30,395 nucleotides of DNA. Origin: a virus. Lineage: Duplodnaviria; Caudoviricetes. The notes beneath the pieces were generated by a model. That model searched no databases. It was not told the origin of the DNA and worked only from the letters and a program-made list of their open reading frames with translations. The stretch spans positions 1 to 30,395 of the IMG/VR virus record IMGVR_UViG_3300044297_000019. One strand, given 5' to 3'. Shown piece after piece: positions 16,578 to 27,922 of this stretch. The stretch's first letter is position 1, and each line of letters opens with the position of its first letter. A program made the translations under genes and the position numbers.

Positions 16578-17422
16578 TGGGTAATAAGACGTACAAGCAG
16601 TACGAGAACGAAGTTCGTTCTGCTCACCCTGAGTGGAACTCCGAGCAGGTATCCGCTGAAGCAAAAAAAGTTTATCAATCAGACCCTCAATCAACATATG
16701 TAAAACCATCGCCTGGTGGATTCAGCACGACGTTTGATACAAGCGGTTCCACTGGAGGTAATTCTTCTGGCGTTGATTTTGGTTTCGGTGTAGAAACTAA
16801 TCTACCTCCAATTAAATATGAGTCATATATTACTTCACTTGCTGTAACAAATAAAAAGGCTTATGCTGCGCTACAAAATTTAGTAAAGCGGGCTTCGGGT
16901 AAAAACATTCAAGACCCAACCACTCTTGGTAAATGGGTATCTCGCTATGCATTAGCAATGAGTGCTTCAACAGACCCAATGGTAAAAACTCTCAGTGTTG
17001 AGGATATGCTTCGCAACAGCGCAGCCGCTAAAATATCAGCATCTGCAGATAAACTTCCAAGCCGTCAAGTATATCAATATACCCCAGAGCAACGAGACGC
17101 AGTTATCAATAAAGGTGCACAATCAATTTTAGGAAGAAGCCTTTCTGAAGATGATAAAAAGCAACCTTGGTACAGCGACCTTGCTGGCGCTATTCAAAGT
17201 ATGATGGATGCTGGAACTGTAACCGTAACCAAAAAAGTAAAGAATCCACAGACTGGAAAACTTGAAAACGTTACTACATCAACTCCAGGATATAGCGAAG
17301 AAAAGGCTTTAAGTAAGGTGGGGGCAGCAATTCAAGCAGTGCCTGAATTAACTGACGACCTACAACGTAAACGTGAATCAGATTTTGGCAGTTGGATAAT
17401 GAAGCAAATTGGAGGTCAATAG
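16577..17422 (+). CDS. Putative internal virion protein
   Basis: TAATG coupling; gene context. Confidence 0.55.
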   Translation: MGNKTYKQYENEVRSAHPEWNSEQVSAEAKKVYQSDPQSTYVKPSPGGFSTTFDTSGSTGGNSSGVDFGFGVETNLPPIKYESYITSLAVTNKKAYAALQNLVKRASGKNIQDPTTLGKWVSRYALAMSASTDPMVKTLSVEDMLRNSAAAKISASADKLPSRQVYQYTPEQRDAVINKGAQSILGRSLSEDDKKQPWYSDLAGAIQSMMDAGTVTVTKKVKNPQTGKLENVTTSTPGYSEEKALSKVGAAIQAVPELTDDLQRKRESDFGSWIMKQIGGQ

Positions 17423-18279
17423 TGGTAGACGGCACCTCTACAATACAAGATAAACTTGGTCTTGTATCGGCTCTATTGCTTGACCCAAAGTATGGAACAA
17501 AAGCAGACCCATACTTACAGGAAGTATTTGATTTATTTGATAAAGACCCAATTAAGGCTAAAGAAATATTTAAAACTAAGTCTTTATTTGGACAGTTAAA
17601 TGGCACAGCACAAACTCGGTACCTTTCTCAACTCGAAAACTCTGACGTATTTCAGCAGTCACGAGAAGACTGGAAAGTAAATTTACGTAAATTGCTTAAG
17701 CAAGCAGGCGTACAGTTTACTGAAAACCAACTTGATGACTATTACTTACGTGGCATTCCAGAGTCAACCATTAAAGATGAACTTATTAAAGGGACTACGT
17801 TTGAACCTGGAAAAACTGGCGGGACATTTCAGGACAATTACAATACATTACTTAAGGTGGCAAAACGTAACGGTGTGGCAGAAAACTCAATCGCTAAAGT
17901 TCTTGGGTTTGACACGATTGACCAGGCTATGGATGAGTTAGCAACAGGTGAGTCACTTAACAATTATGAACAAAAGATTCGCAATTATGCAAAGACTGCT
18001 ATGCCAGAAAACGTTCGCAATATGATTGACCAAGGATATGACTTAATGGATGTCATCGGACCTTATCAATCAACTATCGCTGATGAACTTGAAATTCCAT
18101 ATTCGACTATTGACGTAACAAACAAATATGTACAAGATGCTTTAAGTAAAAATATGAATCTTTCTGAATTGCGAAGACTGCTCAGAAAAGATGACCAATG
18201 GCAATATACAGATAAGGCACGCAAAGAAGTAGCAGATGTGTTGCTAACGGTTAAACGTAACTTTGGACTTGCGGGGTAA
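17422..18279 (+). CDS. Putative internal virion protein
   Basis: GGAGG RBS, GTG at 17422 overlapping the upstream stop; C-terminal LRKDDQWQYT. Confidence 0.55.
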   Translation: MVDGTSTIQDKLGLVSALLLDPKYGTKADPYLQEVFDLFDKDPIKAKEIFKTKSLFGQLNGTAQTRYLSQLENSDVFQQSREDWKVNLRKLLKQAGVQFTENQLDDYYLRGIPESTIKDELIKGTTFEPGKTGGTFQDNYNTLLKVAKRNGVAENSIAKVLGFDTIDQAMDELATGESLNNYEQKIRNYAKTAMPENVRNMIDQGYDLMDVIGPYQSTIADELEIPYSTIDVTNKYVQDALSKNMNLSELRRLLRKDDQWQYTDKARKEVADVLLTVKRNFGLAG

Positions 18280-18281
18280 TA

Positions 18282-19661
18282 ATGGCAATCTATACAGGAA
18301 AATCTTACTATGACCCAGAGCAAGATGCCATCGTACAGGGCACCTCTGGTTCAAACCCCAATAAAAATTTCAACTATCTCAATTTCTATTCTGCTCCGCA
18401 GACAGTAAATCCAGTCGTTTCAGAACCTACCGCAACCCTTACGCCAACACCAACTAAAAAGAAACCAGTCGCTCCTGGACGTGCTTGGGTATGGGATGAA
18501 GCATCTGGAAACTGGAAGCAGCCAGAGATGCCAACTGACGGAAATTACAAATGGTATGACAATCAGGGTTGGGTAAAAATAAGTTCAAGTACTGGAGCAC
18601 CTTCGGGCTCATCTTCAGGAACAACTACTGGTGGCGGAACAGTCACGGAAAAAAAGCCAGTAGTTTATACTTCATCTGATGGAAAAACTTTTACAGACCA
18701 ACAAGCATATGCCGCTTATCAATCATATTTAGATTCAAAAAAGGCTACATTAAAATCAGCATATGATTCACTAAGAACGGATTTTAAAACTCTTGGTCTT
18801 GAATCACTTGTTGGCCCTCTTGAAGATATGATACAGCGTGGCGTAACTGGTGGAGCGGAACTTATTAATGAACTTCGCGCAACTCCAGAATACAAAGACC
18901 GTTTTGCTGCCAATGAGGCACGCATTAAAAACGGATACCGAGCGCTATCTGAGGGTGAGTATATTCAAAAAGAAAATGCTTACCGTAAGGTAATGCAGAT
19001 ATACGGTATTCCTCAAGGATACTATTCTTCAGGAAAACTAGGAAAGACGCCTGCTTTTGAAAAACTTCTTGCGGGAGATGTCTCTTCTGACGAATTAGAA
19101 TCTCGCGTACAAGAGGGTTTAAATAAAGTTATCAATGGTTCACCAGAGGTAATGGCAAGCCTTAAGGCATTCTATCCAGAGATTAACACTGGCGATATTC
19201 TTGGCTATGTACTTGACCCAACTAATGCGCTTCAAGACATTAAGCGAAAAGTTACATCTGCCCAAATCGGCGGAGCAGCCCTTGGTGCAAATTTACTTGG
19301 AATGACTCCAGAAGAGATAGCAAAGAATCTTCCAGAATTTGCAGCACGAGCAAAGGAACTTGCAAACCTTGGAATTACTGGAGAACAATACGGAGCGCAA
19401 TCTCCGTTCCTTGCAAGCGCAACTCAACGCGGTGGACAACTCGCGTCGATTTACAATCAAGACCAATATGGAAGAACTCAAGCAGAAGCAGAAGCATTTA
19501 ACCTTGCTGGTGGAACTGCTGCTGCAGCACAGCGTAGAAAGTTAACTGAACTTGAGAAATCTTCATTTGGAGGTAGGTCGGGACTTGCACAAAATGCACT
19601 TAACCGTGACCGAGCAATCACTGGATATATGCTCGGAACTCCAGGCGCTGGCTCGATATAA
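18282..19661 (+). CDS. Putative internal virion protein with low-complexity N-terminus
   Basis: 459-aa ORF; YKDRFAANEARIKNG...LSEGEYI helical core. Confidence 0.55.
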   Translation: MAIYTGKSYYDPEQDAIVQGTSGSNPNKNFNYLNFYSAPQTVNPVVSEPTATLTPTPTKKKPVAPGRAWVWDEASGNWKQPEMPTDGNYKWYDNQGWVKISSSTGAPSGSSSGTTTGGGTVTEKKPVVYTSSDGKTFTDQQAYAAYQSYLDSKKATLKSAYDSLRTDFKTLGLESLVGPLEDMIQRGVTGGAELINELRATPEYKDRFAANEARIKNGYRALSEGEYIQKENAYRKVMQIYGIPQGYYSSGKLGKTPAFEKLLAGDVSSDELESRVQEGLNKVINGSPEVMASLKAFYPEINTGDILGYVLDPTNALQDIKRKVTSAQIGGAALGANLLGMTPEEIAKNLPEFAARAKELANLGITGEQYGAQSPFLASATQRGGQLASIYNQDQYGRTQAEAEAFNLAGGTAAAAQRRKLTELEKSSFGGRSGLAQNALNRDRAITGYMLGTPGAGSI

Positions 19662-19664
19662 CAA

Positions 19665-19780
19665 AGACCTGCTAACAGAACGACTGGCCTGTTAGAGAGA
19701 TAAGAAAGACCAGTAGTAGAAGCCATACGGCGTTCCCCAAACCGTATGAGGTCTACGCAAACCAAACAATAAGGGAGAAG
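19665..19780 (+). promoter_or_regulatory. Structured leader (hairpin + pseudoknot + hairpin) upstream of the scaffold gene
   Basis: ctaacag/ctgttag, actgg/ccagt, gtaga/tctac and catacgg/ccgtatg pairings. Confidence 0.5.
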
Positions 19781-19785
19781 GACCT

Positions 19786-20256
19786 ATGTCCAACTACGAC
19801 TACGAAGAAGACGACTTTGATACACCATCAGCAGATGGTAACGACCTCGTCAAACAGTTGCGTAAAGCAAATAAGCAAAAAGAGAAAGAACTCGCTGAAT
19901 TAAAATCTCAGTTTGAGAATCTTTCCAAAGCACAAAGAGAACGAGCAATCAAAGATGCACTCGCTAGTCGCGGGGTAAATACCAAGATTGCGTCATTTAT
20001 CCCACAGGATATAGACCCAACTGAAGAGTCTGTATCTAAATGGCTGACTGAATACTCAGATGTATTCGGTATTGAAACAGCCGAAAGCCAGGCAACACCG
20101 AATGTTGACCCAGCCCAAGCAGCAGCATATAAGCGAATGAATAGCGCAACTCAACAGGCGGCATCGCCTGATGCGGGTGGCGATATTATGCGTCGCTTAT
20201 TAAATGCTTCTAGCAAGGAAGAACTGGACCAAGTCATTCGTGAGTCTGGACTCTAA
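19786..20256 (+). CDS. Capsid scaffolding protein
   Basis: Acidic N-terminus, coiled coil, lies immediately before the major capsid gene. Confidence 0.75.
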   Translation: MSNYDYEEDDFDTPSADGNDLVKQLRKANKQKEKELAELKSQFENLSKAQRERAIKDALASRGVNTKIASFIPQDIDPTEESVSKWLTEYSDVFGIETAESQATPNVDPAQAAAYKRMNSATQQAASPDAGGDIMRRLLNASSKEELDQVIRESGL

Positions 20257-20290
20257 ACCGAACCTCTACATTACGAAAGGCTAAACCCCA

Positions 20291-21220
20291 ATGGCAATTC
20301 CTTCGGGTAGTTTAACTGGCGTAACAGACATTGCGGCCCTCGTACAAACAGCGTACGACCAATATGTCCGTATGGCACTTCGTTCCATCCCAGTGATGCG
20401 TGCGATTGCTGACGTTAAGCCAGTACAGCAAGCAATGCCAGGTTCGTCAGTTGTATTCTCCATCTACTCAGACTTGGCTGCTGCAACAAGCACCTTGACA
20501 GAAACAACCGACGTTTCCTCCGTTGCTCTTGGTAACCCATCACAAGTTACCGTAACACTTCAAGAATACGGCTCAGCCGTAACCACAACCAAGAAGTTGA
20601 ACCTCACATCATTCAACGATGTTGACGCTGCTCTTGCAGACATCATCGCTTACAATGCTGCTGACTCAATCGACAAGGTTGTTGCATCTGTTCTTACTGC
20701 AGGTACAAACGTAATCTACGCAGGTACTGCAACAAGCACAAACTCAATCACATCCTCAATGACACTCAGCGTTGCTGATATCCGCGAGGCTGTAGTTCAA
20801 CTCCGCACCAACAAGGCTTTGCCTCGTATCGGTGAACTCTATGCTGCTTATGTGCACCCACGTCAGTCCGCTGACCTTCGTGCAGAAGCAGGAACTGGTG
20901 GATTCCAAGAACTCACCAAGTACGTTGACCGTACCCCATTCGTGGCTGGTGCTGTTGGCGTTCTCGAAGGTGCATTCGTTGTCGAAACACCTCGCGTTCC
21001 TTACGCAGCAAACAGCGGTTCAGTTAACGTCTACAAGGCGTTCGTTGCTGGTCGTGAAGCACTTGCTGAAGCAATGGCTCAAGACATCACAACTGTTATC
21101 GGTCCAGAAATCGACGCACTCCGTCGTTTCCGTACCATCGGTTGGTACTACTTCGGTGGCTTTAACCGCCTCCGTGAAGCAGCGCTCTACCGTATCGAGT
21201 CTGCTACATCAATCAACTAA
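20291..21220 (+). CDS. Major capsid protein (HK97 fold, N4-gp56-like)
   Basis: 309 aa; VTVTLQEYG, YVHP...DL, GVLEGAFVVET, IGWY motifs; strongly biased codon usage. Confidence 0.88.
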   Translation: MAIPSGSLTGVTDIAALVQTAYDQYVRMALRSIPVMRAIADVKPVQQAMPGSSVVFSIYSDLAAATSTLTETTDVSSVALGNPSQVTVTLQEYGSAVTTTKKLNLTSFNDVDAALADIIAYNAADSIDKVVASVLTAGTNVIYAGTATSTNSITSSMTLSVADIREAVVQLRTNKALPRIGELYAAYVHPRQSADLRAEAGTGGFQELTKYVDRTPFVAGAVGVLEGAFVVETPRVPYAANSGSVNVYKAFVAGREALAEAMAQDITTVIGPEIDALRRFRTIGWYYFGGFNRLREAALYRIESATSIN

Positions 21221-21233
21221 CTTTAGTTGGTTC

Positions 21234-21263
21234 GGTACAGGTGGTGTCAAAGCCACCTGTATC
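21234..21263 (+). terminator. Hairpin downstream of the capsid gene (terminator/attenuator or stabiliser)
   Basis: ggtacaggtgg / ccacctgtatc 11-bp stem; no U tract. Confidence 0.5.
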
Positions 21264-21278
21264 ACTAGAAAGGACGTT

Positions 21279-21584
21279 ATGCCTTATCAATTAACAACAC
21301 CGTGGCAAGGAGAAACCTGGATTTCAGGTTCGCAGTATTCTCCATATGCTCGTCTTGCTGGTCGTCCATTATCTGATGGACACGGATTCTTGACAGATAT
21401 TGGTCGCGGAGTTACCTTGATTGTTAACGGTACAACGGTGACAGAAACCCGCTTCCCCTATCAAAATGATTTAGCCGATGCAACAACATATTACCTTGGC
21501 GGTCATTCCTACACATTGACAGATGCGGAGGCGCAGGTACTTATTGACGCAGGATATGGTGAGTACCTCACACCAATAGTATGA
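21279..21584 (+). CDS. Hypothetical virion protein
   Basis: AAAGGA RBS, ATG at 21279; YYLGGH.Y...EA..L..AGY motif. Confidence 0.7.
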   Translation: MPYQLTTPWQGETWISGSQYSPYARLAGRPLSDGHGFLTDIGRGVTLIVNGTTVTETRFPYQNDLADATTYYLGGHSYTLTDAEAQVLIDAGYGEYLTPIV

Positions 21585-21865
21585 CAAATTGCACAGCAAG
21601 TTGTAAGACGCAAGACCATCAATCGTATGGTGATTGCTTACAACAGAATATGCCAATGGTTGCTCCATCAACTACTCCATCACGAAGTGGTTGGGATAAA
21701 GACCAGATTAAGAAAGACGACAAAGAGTTGGACTCGTATTACTCCGCAGTAAAGCAGGGTATTGAGCCACGCAGTACAAGACAAAAAGATATAGACGCAG
21801 CGGTTAAGTTCTCCAACGAAGGCGGTAAAGCATTCGATGGAATTAACCTTACATTCAAGGAGTAA
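21581..21865 (+). CDS. Hypothetical protein (C/H motif; ELDSYYSAVKQGIEP)
   Basis: ATGA coupling. Confidence 0.7.
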   Translation: MTNCTASCKTQDHQSYGDCLQQNMPMVAPSTTPSRSGWDKDQIKKDDKELDSYYSAVKQGIEPRSTRQKDIDAAVKFSNEGGKAFDGINLTFKE

Positions 21866-21867
21866 CA

Positions 21868-22026
21868 ATGAAAACAGTAAAGAAGAAGGAATCCGTAGGA
21901 TTCCCATTCAAAGGTGGAAAGAAGTCTGCGCCTAAGTCTATGGCTGCAGGTACAACCACTGCTCACACCACAGGTTTAAAGGCATCCTTTGCAGGTGGCA
22001 AGAAGCACGTTTCAAGAGGAAAGTAA
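21868..22026 (+). CDS. 52-aa Lys-rich protein
   Basis: AAGGAG RBS; MKTVKKKESVGFPFKGGKKSAPK... Confidence 0.6.
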   Translation: MKTVKKKESVGFPFKGGKKSAPKSMAAGTTTAHTTGLKASFAGGKKHVSRGK

Positions 22027-22027
22027 T

Positions 22028-22174
22028 ATGCCAAAAGTAGGAAATAAGAAGTTTGCTTATACAGCAAAAGGAAAAGCAGCCGCCAAGAAGGAAGCAAAGA
22101 AAACTGGCAAGGCTATGCAGATGAAAACCTACAACGAAATCTCTAAGGGCGCTAAAGGAAAGAAGGCTAAATAA
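22028..22174 (+). CDS. 48-aa Lys/Ala-rich protein
   Basis: GAGGA RBS; MPKVGNKKFAYTAKGKAAAKKEAKK. Confidence 0.7.
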   Translation: MPKVGNKKFAYTAKGKAAAKKEAKKTGKAMQMKTYNEISKGAKGKKAK

Positions 22175-22362
22175 TGGCTGGCGACTGGCTCGGTGAACAA
22201 GAAGCAATTATCCACGAACAGATGGAACCACAGAAAGTCCGCATTGAAGAATACGGAACTGTTGGTAAATACCGTAACTACGCAGATATTCAAACTGGTG
22301 TAGGTGGCAAGGGTCGTACAGAAAAGCCACTTCCAAGTATGAGCGAAGCGGACCTAGCATAA
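22174..22362 (+). CDS. 62-aa hypothetical protein
   Basis: TAATG coupling at both ends. Confidence 0.6.
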   Translation: MAGDWLGEQEAIIHEQMEPQKVRIEEYGTVGKYRNYADIQTGVGGKGRTEKPLPSMSEADLA

Positions 22363-22535
22363 TGAAAAAGGCTAGCGGCGCTAAGAAAGTACAGAAAGTA
22401 ATGCACGAGTTTAAGGCTGGCGCACTTCACAGCGGAAGCAAGAAGGGTCCAGTTGTTAAGTCTCGCAAGCAGGCTATTGCCATTGCTTTATCTGAAGCAA
22501 AAATGTCCAAGAAGAAAATGGGCAAGAAGAAGTAA
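22362..22535 (+). CDS. 57-aa basic protein, DUF6496-like
   Basis: KVMHEFKAGALHSGSKKGPVVKSRKQAIAIALSEA. Confidence 0.7.
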   Translation: MKKASGAKKVQKVMHEFKAGALHSGSKKGPVVKSRKQAIAIALSEAKMSKKKMGKKK

Positions 22536-22693
22536 TGTCTTCAGGTCAACACCGCAAGCATATTAAATTCAATCCTGTTGTTATCAGAGATGGATTTGTA
22601 GTTCGTCTAAATAAAAACGGAACTGTAAAAGACATCTTAGGAAAGTACGGAGAGTATGGCAAAAAGTCCAGCGTGGCAACGCAAAGAGGGTAA
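22535..22693 (+). CDS. 52-aa basic hypothetical protein
   Basis: TAATG coupling; MSSGQHRKH...IRDGFVVRLNKNG. Confidence 0.6.
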   Translation: MSSGQHRKHIKFNPVVIRDGFVVRLNKNGTVKDILGKYGEYGKKSSVATQRG

Positions 22694-22958
22694 GAATCCT
22701 AAAGGTGGCCTCAATGCAAAAGGACGAGCATCAGCCAAAGCACAGGGTCACAATCTTAAAGCGCCAGTAAAATCTGGTGACAACCCACGACGAGCATCTT
22801 TCCTTGCTCGTATGGGAAATATGCCAGGACCTGAAAGAAAACCAAATGGCGAGCCGACAAGGCTTCTCTTATCGCTTCAAGCGTGGGGAGCATCAAGCAA
22901 AGCAGATGCAAAGAAAAAGGCTGCGGCTATTTCACAAAGAAATAAATCTAAGAAGTAG
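22656..22958 (+). CDS. 100-aa basic protein, DUF6321-like
   Basis: AWQRKEGKNPKGGLNAKGRAS...RRASFLARM; GGAG RBS. Confidence 0.7.
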   Translation: MAKSPAWQRKEGKNPKGGLNAKGRASAKAQGHNLKAPVKSGDNPRRASFLARMGNMPGPERKPNGEPTRLLLSLQAWGASSKADAKKKAAAISQRNKSKK

Positions 22959-22967
22959 GAGACAACT

Positions 22968-23260
22968 ATGACGATGTATGGACAGTCTTGGTCAACACTC
23001 AAGGACGAACTTAATCGTCTTGCCGCAGGTGGCGGTACTACTTATCCACCTCGTTCATCCTACCTTGATGTCTCAGGCGCAGCCCGTGCGTGGGCTGCTG
23101 CTAGAGGCGTAGCAATTACTAAGACCGATGCAGTGGGGGTTATCAATCAAATTGCTGGTATCACTAGCGAAAAAGATTATCTTGATTTTAGCGGTATATG
23201 TAATTACATCGCTGGCACTTCTGGAATACCTGCTGCGGCTGCTCTCCGACAGGTCGCATC

Positions 23261-23264
<4 letters not shown>
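22968..23264 (+). CDS. Hypothetical virion protein
   Basis: AGGAG RBS; ELNRLA motif. Confidence 0.65.
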
Positions 23265-25131
<1,867 letters not shown>

Positions 25132-25143
25132 TAATAAACGGTT

Positions 25144-26229
25144 ATGAAAGTTGCCGTCTATACAATCGCACTCAATGAAGATAAGCACGTCAAACGCTGG
25201 TATGAATCTAGCAAAGATGCTGACTATCATCTTATAGCAGATACTGGCTCAACAGATAAAACAGTTGAGATAGCGCAAGAACTTGGTATCAATGTTATCC
25301 ACGTCAGGTCAGTTCCATTTAGATTTGATGATGCTCGCAATGCAAGTTTAATGGCTTTGCCTGACGATGTAGATTACTGCGTAGCCTTGGATATGGATGA
25401 GGTAATGCAGCCAGGATGGCGGCCTGAATTAGAGAAGGCTTTAGCAGAAGGAATCTCAAGACCGCAGTACAGATTCATTACTGACTGGACAGAAGATGGA
25501 CAGCCAGCAGTAGAGTTTGATGGCTTTAGAATCCACAAGCGTAAAGGTATCCGCTGGATATATCCGATTCACGAAGTACCAACAGAGTATGACGATGAAC
25601 CAAAGACCAGCAAGAAGTTTAACTTTGAGATATGGCACTTGCCAGATAAAACAAAATCTCGTGGACAGTATCTTCCGCAGTTAGAACAAGCGGTCAAGGA
25701 AGAGAAGAACTCTCGTAACTTGTACTACTTAGGCAGAGAATACTTCTACCGAAAGATGTTTACCGAGGCTGCTTCTACTCTTAAAGAGTACTTAGAGATT
25801 TCTGTGTTCATTGCTGAAAAGGGATACGCTATGCGTATTCTGTCAAAGTGTGAACCAGAACAGGCTGAAGAATGGCTGATGAAGTCAGTCGAAATCTTCC
25901 CTTCACGAGAAGCACTTCTTGCTCTAGCAAACCACTACTACCTCAACGGTGAGTGGGCAGAGTGTGTCCTTGTATCTAAGGAAGCGCTGAAAGTAAAACA
26001 AAAACCTACAGAGTTTTTATCTGAAGCCTGGGCCTGGGGCCATATGGCAGATGACTTAATAGCAGTGTGTTCGTGGCAGTTAGGTGATTTCAAGACTGCA
26101 TACAAACACGGAAAGATTGCGGCAGAGATGTCGCCTAATGATGAACGGCTAATAAAGAACCTAGAGTTCTATAAGGAAAAGGTGGGTAATGCCAACATTC
26201 AACGAAATGGTAGACACCGTAAAAAGTAA
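25144..26229 (+). CDS. GT2 glycosyltransferase with C-terminal TPR repeats
   Basis: YTIALNE, DTGSTDKT, FDDARN, LDMDE (DxD), IHE motifs; TPR-like YYLGREY and LALANHYY. Confidence 0.88.
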   Translation: MKVAVYTIALNEDKHVKRWYESSKDADYHLIADTGSTDKTVEIAQELGINVIHVRSVPFRFDDARNASLMALPDDVDYCVALDMDEVMQPGWRPELEKALAEGISRPQYRFITDWTEDGQPAVEFDGFRIHKRKGIRWIYPIHEVPTEYDDEPKTSKKFNFEIWHLPDKTKSRGQYLPQLEQAVKEEKNSRNLYYLGREYFYRKMFTEAASTLKEYLEISVFIAEKGYAMRILSKCEPEQAEEWLMKSVEIFPSREALLALANHYYLNGEWAECVLVSKEALKVKQKPTEFLSEAWAWGHMADDLIAVCSWQLGDFKTAYKHGKIAAEMSPNDERLIKNLEFYKEKVGNANIQRNGRHRKK

Positions 26230-27091
26230 CCTTATTGGTTACACGCTACGACAGGACCGTCTTACCTACGTCACTAACCCTTCGGGTTTGACGACCACCA
26301 CGACAGCAATCAAGGTTGGTTCATCAGATAACTTGGCTAAAGGAACTATCGAGATTGATGATGAACTCATCTGGGTAGATAACTTTGATAAGCAAAACAA
26401 TACGCTCAATGCTGCGCCAGGATTTGGTCGTGGCTATATGGGAACTACTCCGTCTCCACACGCACTTAATGCGATGGTTACCCTGGCTCCATCATTCCCA
26501 CGGGTGTCAATTAAGAAGGCTATCAATGATACGATTCGTTCCTTCTATCCAAAACTCTTTGCAGTAGGAACAGTATCTTTCACATTTAACGCAGCGCAGG
26601 TTACATATCCGCTGCCAGATGATGCTCGTGAAGTTTTGTATATGTCCTGGCAAACCACAGGTTCATCCAAAGAATGGATTCCAGTCAAGCGCTGGCGCTT
26701 TGACCCATTATCAAACACACCAACATTTAACACACAAAAGACTGTTAACTTGTACGAGAACATTCAGCCAGGACGTACGGTAAAAGTCTGGTACGCAATG
26801 ATTCCAGATACGATGGATGCTAACACCGATGACTTTGTCGATGTCACTGGTCTTCCAGAATCCTGCCAGGATGTAGTTGTCTACGGTGCTATCTATCGTA
26901 TGCTCTCATTCCTAGATACTGGCCGTATCAATCTCTCATCTGCAGAAGCAGACCTTAATGATTCCAAGATTCCATCTGGTGCTGGTGTTGCTGCATCAAA
27001 GTACATTTTTGCTTTGTATCAACAACGCTTGCAAGAAGAGTCACTCAAACTCTCCGACCAGTTCCCAATTCGCTTACACATCACCAAATAA
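26189..27091 (+). CDS. Putative head-tail adaptor/tail tubular protein with N-terminal beta insert
   Basis: IKKAINDTI...YPLP...VVVYGAIYRM...YQQRL adaptor-like pattern. Confidence 0.55.
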   Translation: MPTFNEMVDTVKSNLIGYTLRQDRLTYVTNPSGLTTTTTAIKVGSSDNLAKGTIEIDDELIWVDNFDKQNNTLNAAPGFGRGYMGTTPSPHALNAMVTLAPSFPRVSIKKAINDTIRSFYPKLFAVGTVSFTFNAAQVTYPLPDDAREVLYMSWQTTGSSKEWIPVKRWRFDPLSNTPTFNTQKTVNLYENIQPGRTVKVWYAMIPDTMDANTDDFVDVTGLPESCQDVVVYGAIYRMLSFLDTGRINLSSAEADLNDSKIPSGAGVAASKYIFALYQQRLQEESLKLSDQFPIRLHITK

Positions 27092-27100
27092 GGAAGGCTA

Positions 27101-27922
27101 ATGACTCGCCAATACTCATCAACGTCAGTTGAAACAACACTGGCATCTGGCATATCTTCATCGGCAACGTCAATGACTGTTGCCACAGGTACTGGCACCG
27201 CCTTGCTTGGTGGAGTCACACTTGCCGCAGGAAATGTTGACCAGTTCACAGTAGCGCTAGACCCAGATACTACGAACGAAGAAATTGTTTTTATTACTGC
27301 AGTCTCTAGCGATACTTTTACCATCGTTCGAGGACGAGCAGGAACGTCAGCGATTGCTCACACAGCAGGCGCTGGAGTTCAGCACGTTCTTACCTCTGAT
27401 GACCTTAATGCTTTCAAGGCATCAATCAACCCAGTAACTAACGTTGCCTTCTCTGGTTCATCAAGTGGAACCACAACAGTACAGGCTTCAGCGGTTGCTG
27501 GAACTACCACTTTAACTCTTCCTGCGGTCACAGATACTGTGGTAACAACAAACGCCACACAAACCTTGACCAACAAGACCATTGATGGTGCGTCTAACAC
27601 GTTGACCAATATCAACTTAGACTTAACGCTCAATGCACAAACTGGAACCACATATACACTTGCTCTAACAGACAAGAATAAACTTGTCACTTTAAGTAAT
27701 GCTTCTGCCATAACACTAACTGTGCCAGCAAACGCTACCGTTGCATTCGCTACGGGCGCACAGGTAAACATCCAGCAAATCGGAGCAGGACAGGTAACAG
27801 TTTCTGGCGCTGCTGGCGTTACAGTCAATGGCACTGGAACAAAGACTCGTGCTCAATGGTCTGCTGCAACTCTGGTTAAGACAGACACTAACGTTTGGAC
27901 ACTGATTGGAGACCTATCCTAA
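27101..27922 (+). CDS. Tail fibre/appendage protein
   Basis: RGRAGT...H motif, TQTLTNKTI repeat, C-terminal NAQTGTTYTL...IGDLS domain. Confidence 0.7.
   Translation: MTRQYSSTSVETTLASGISSSATSMTVATGTGTALLGGVTLAAGNVDQFTVALDPDTTNEEIVFITAVSSDTFTIVRGRAGTSAIAHTAGAGVQHVLTSDDLNAFKASINPVTNVAFSGSSSGTTTVQASAVAGTTTLTLPAVTDTVVTTNATQTLTNKTIDGASNTLTNINLDLTLNAQTGTTYTLALTDKNKLVTLSNASAITLTVPANATVAFATGAQVNIQQIGAGQVTVSGAAGVTVNGTGTKTRAQWSAATLVKTDTNVWTLIGDLS

Noticed and set aside
20832-21278. 250-aa ORF starting at 20832 as an independent gene
   Set aside because: The 5' part overlaps the capsid gene and reads as an off-frame shadow; the clear RBS and ATG are at 21279 (kept only as a recoding hypothesis)
27379-27834. 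151-aa antisense ORF in the tail fibre gene (and similar antisense ORFs in the late region)
   Set aside because: Expected from Thr/Ala/Val-rich codon usage on the sense strand; no expression signals
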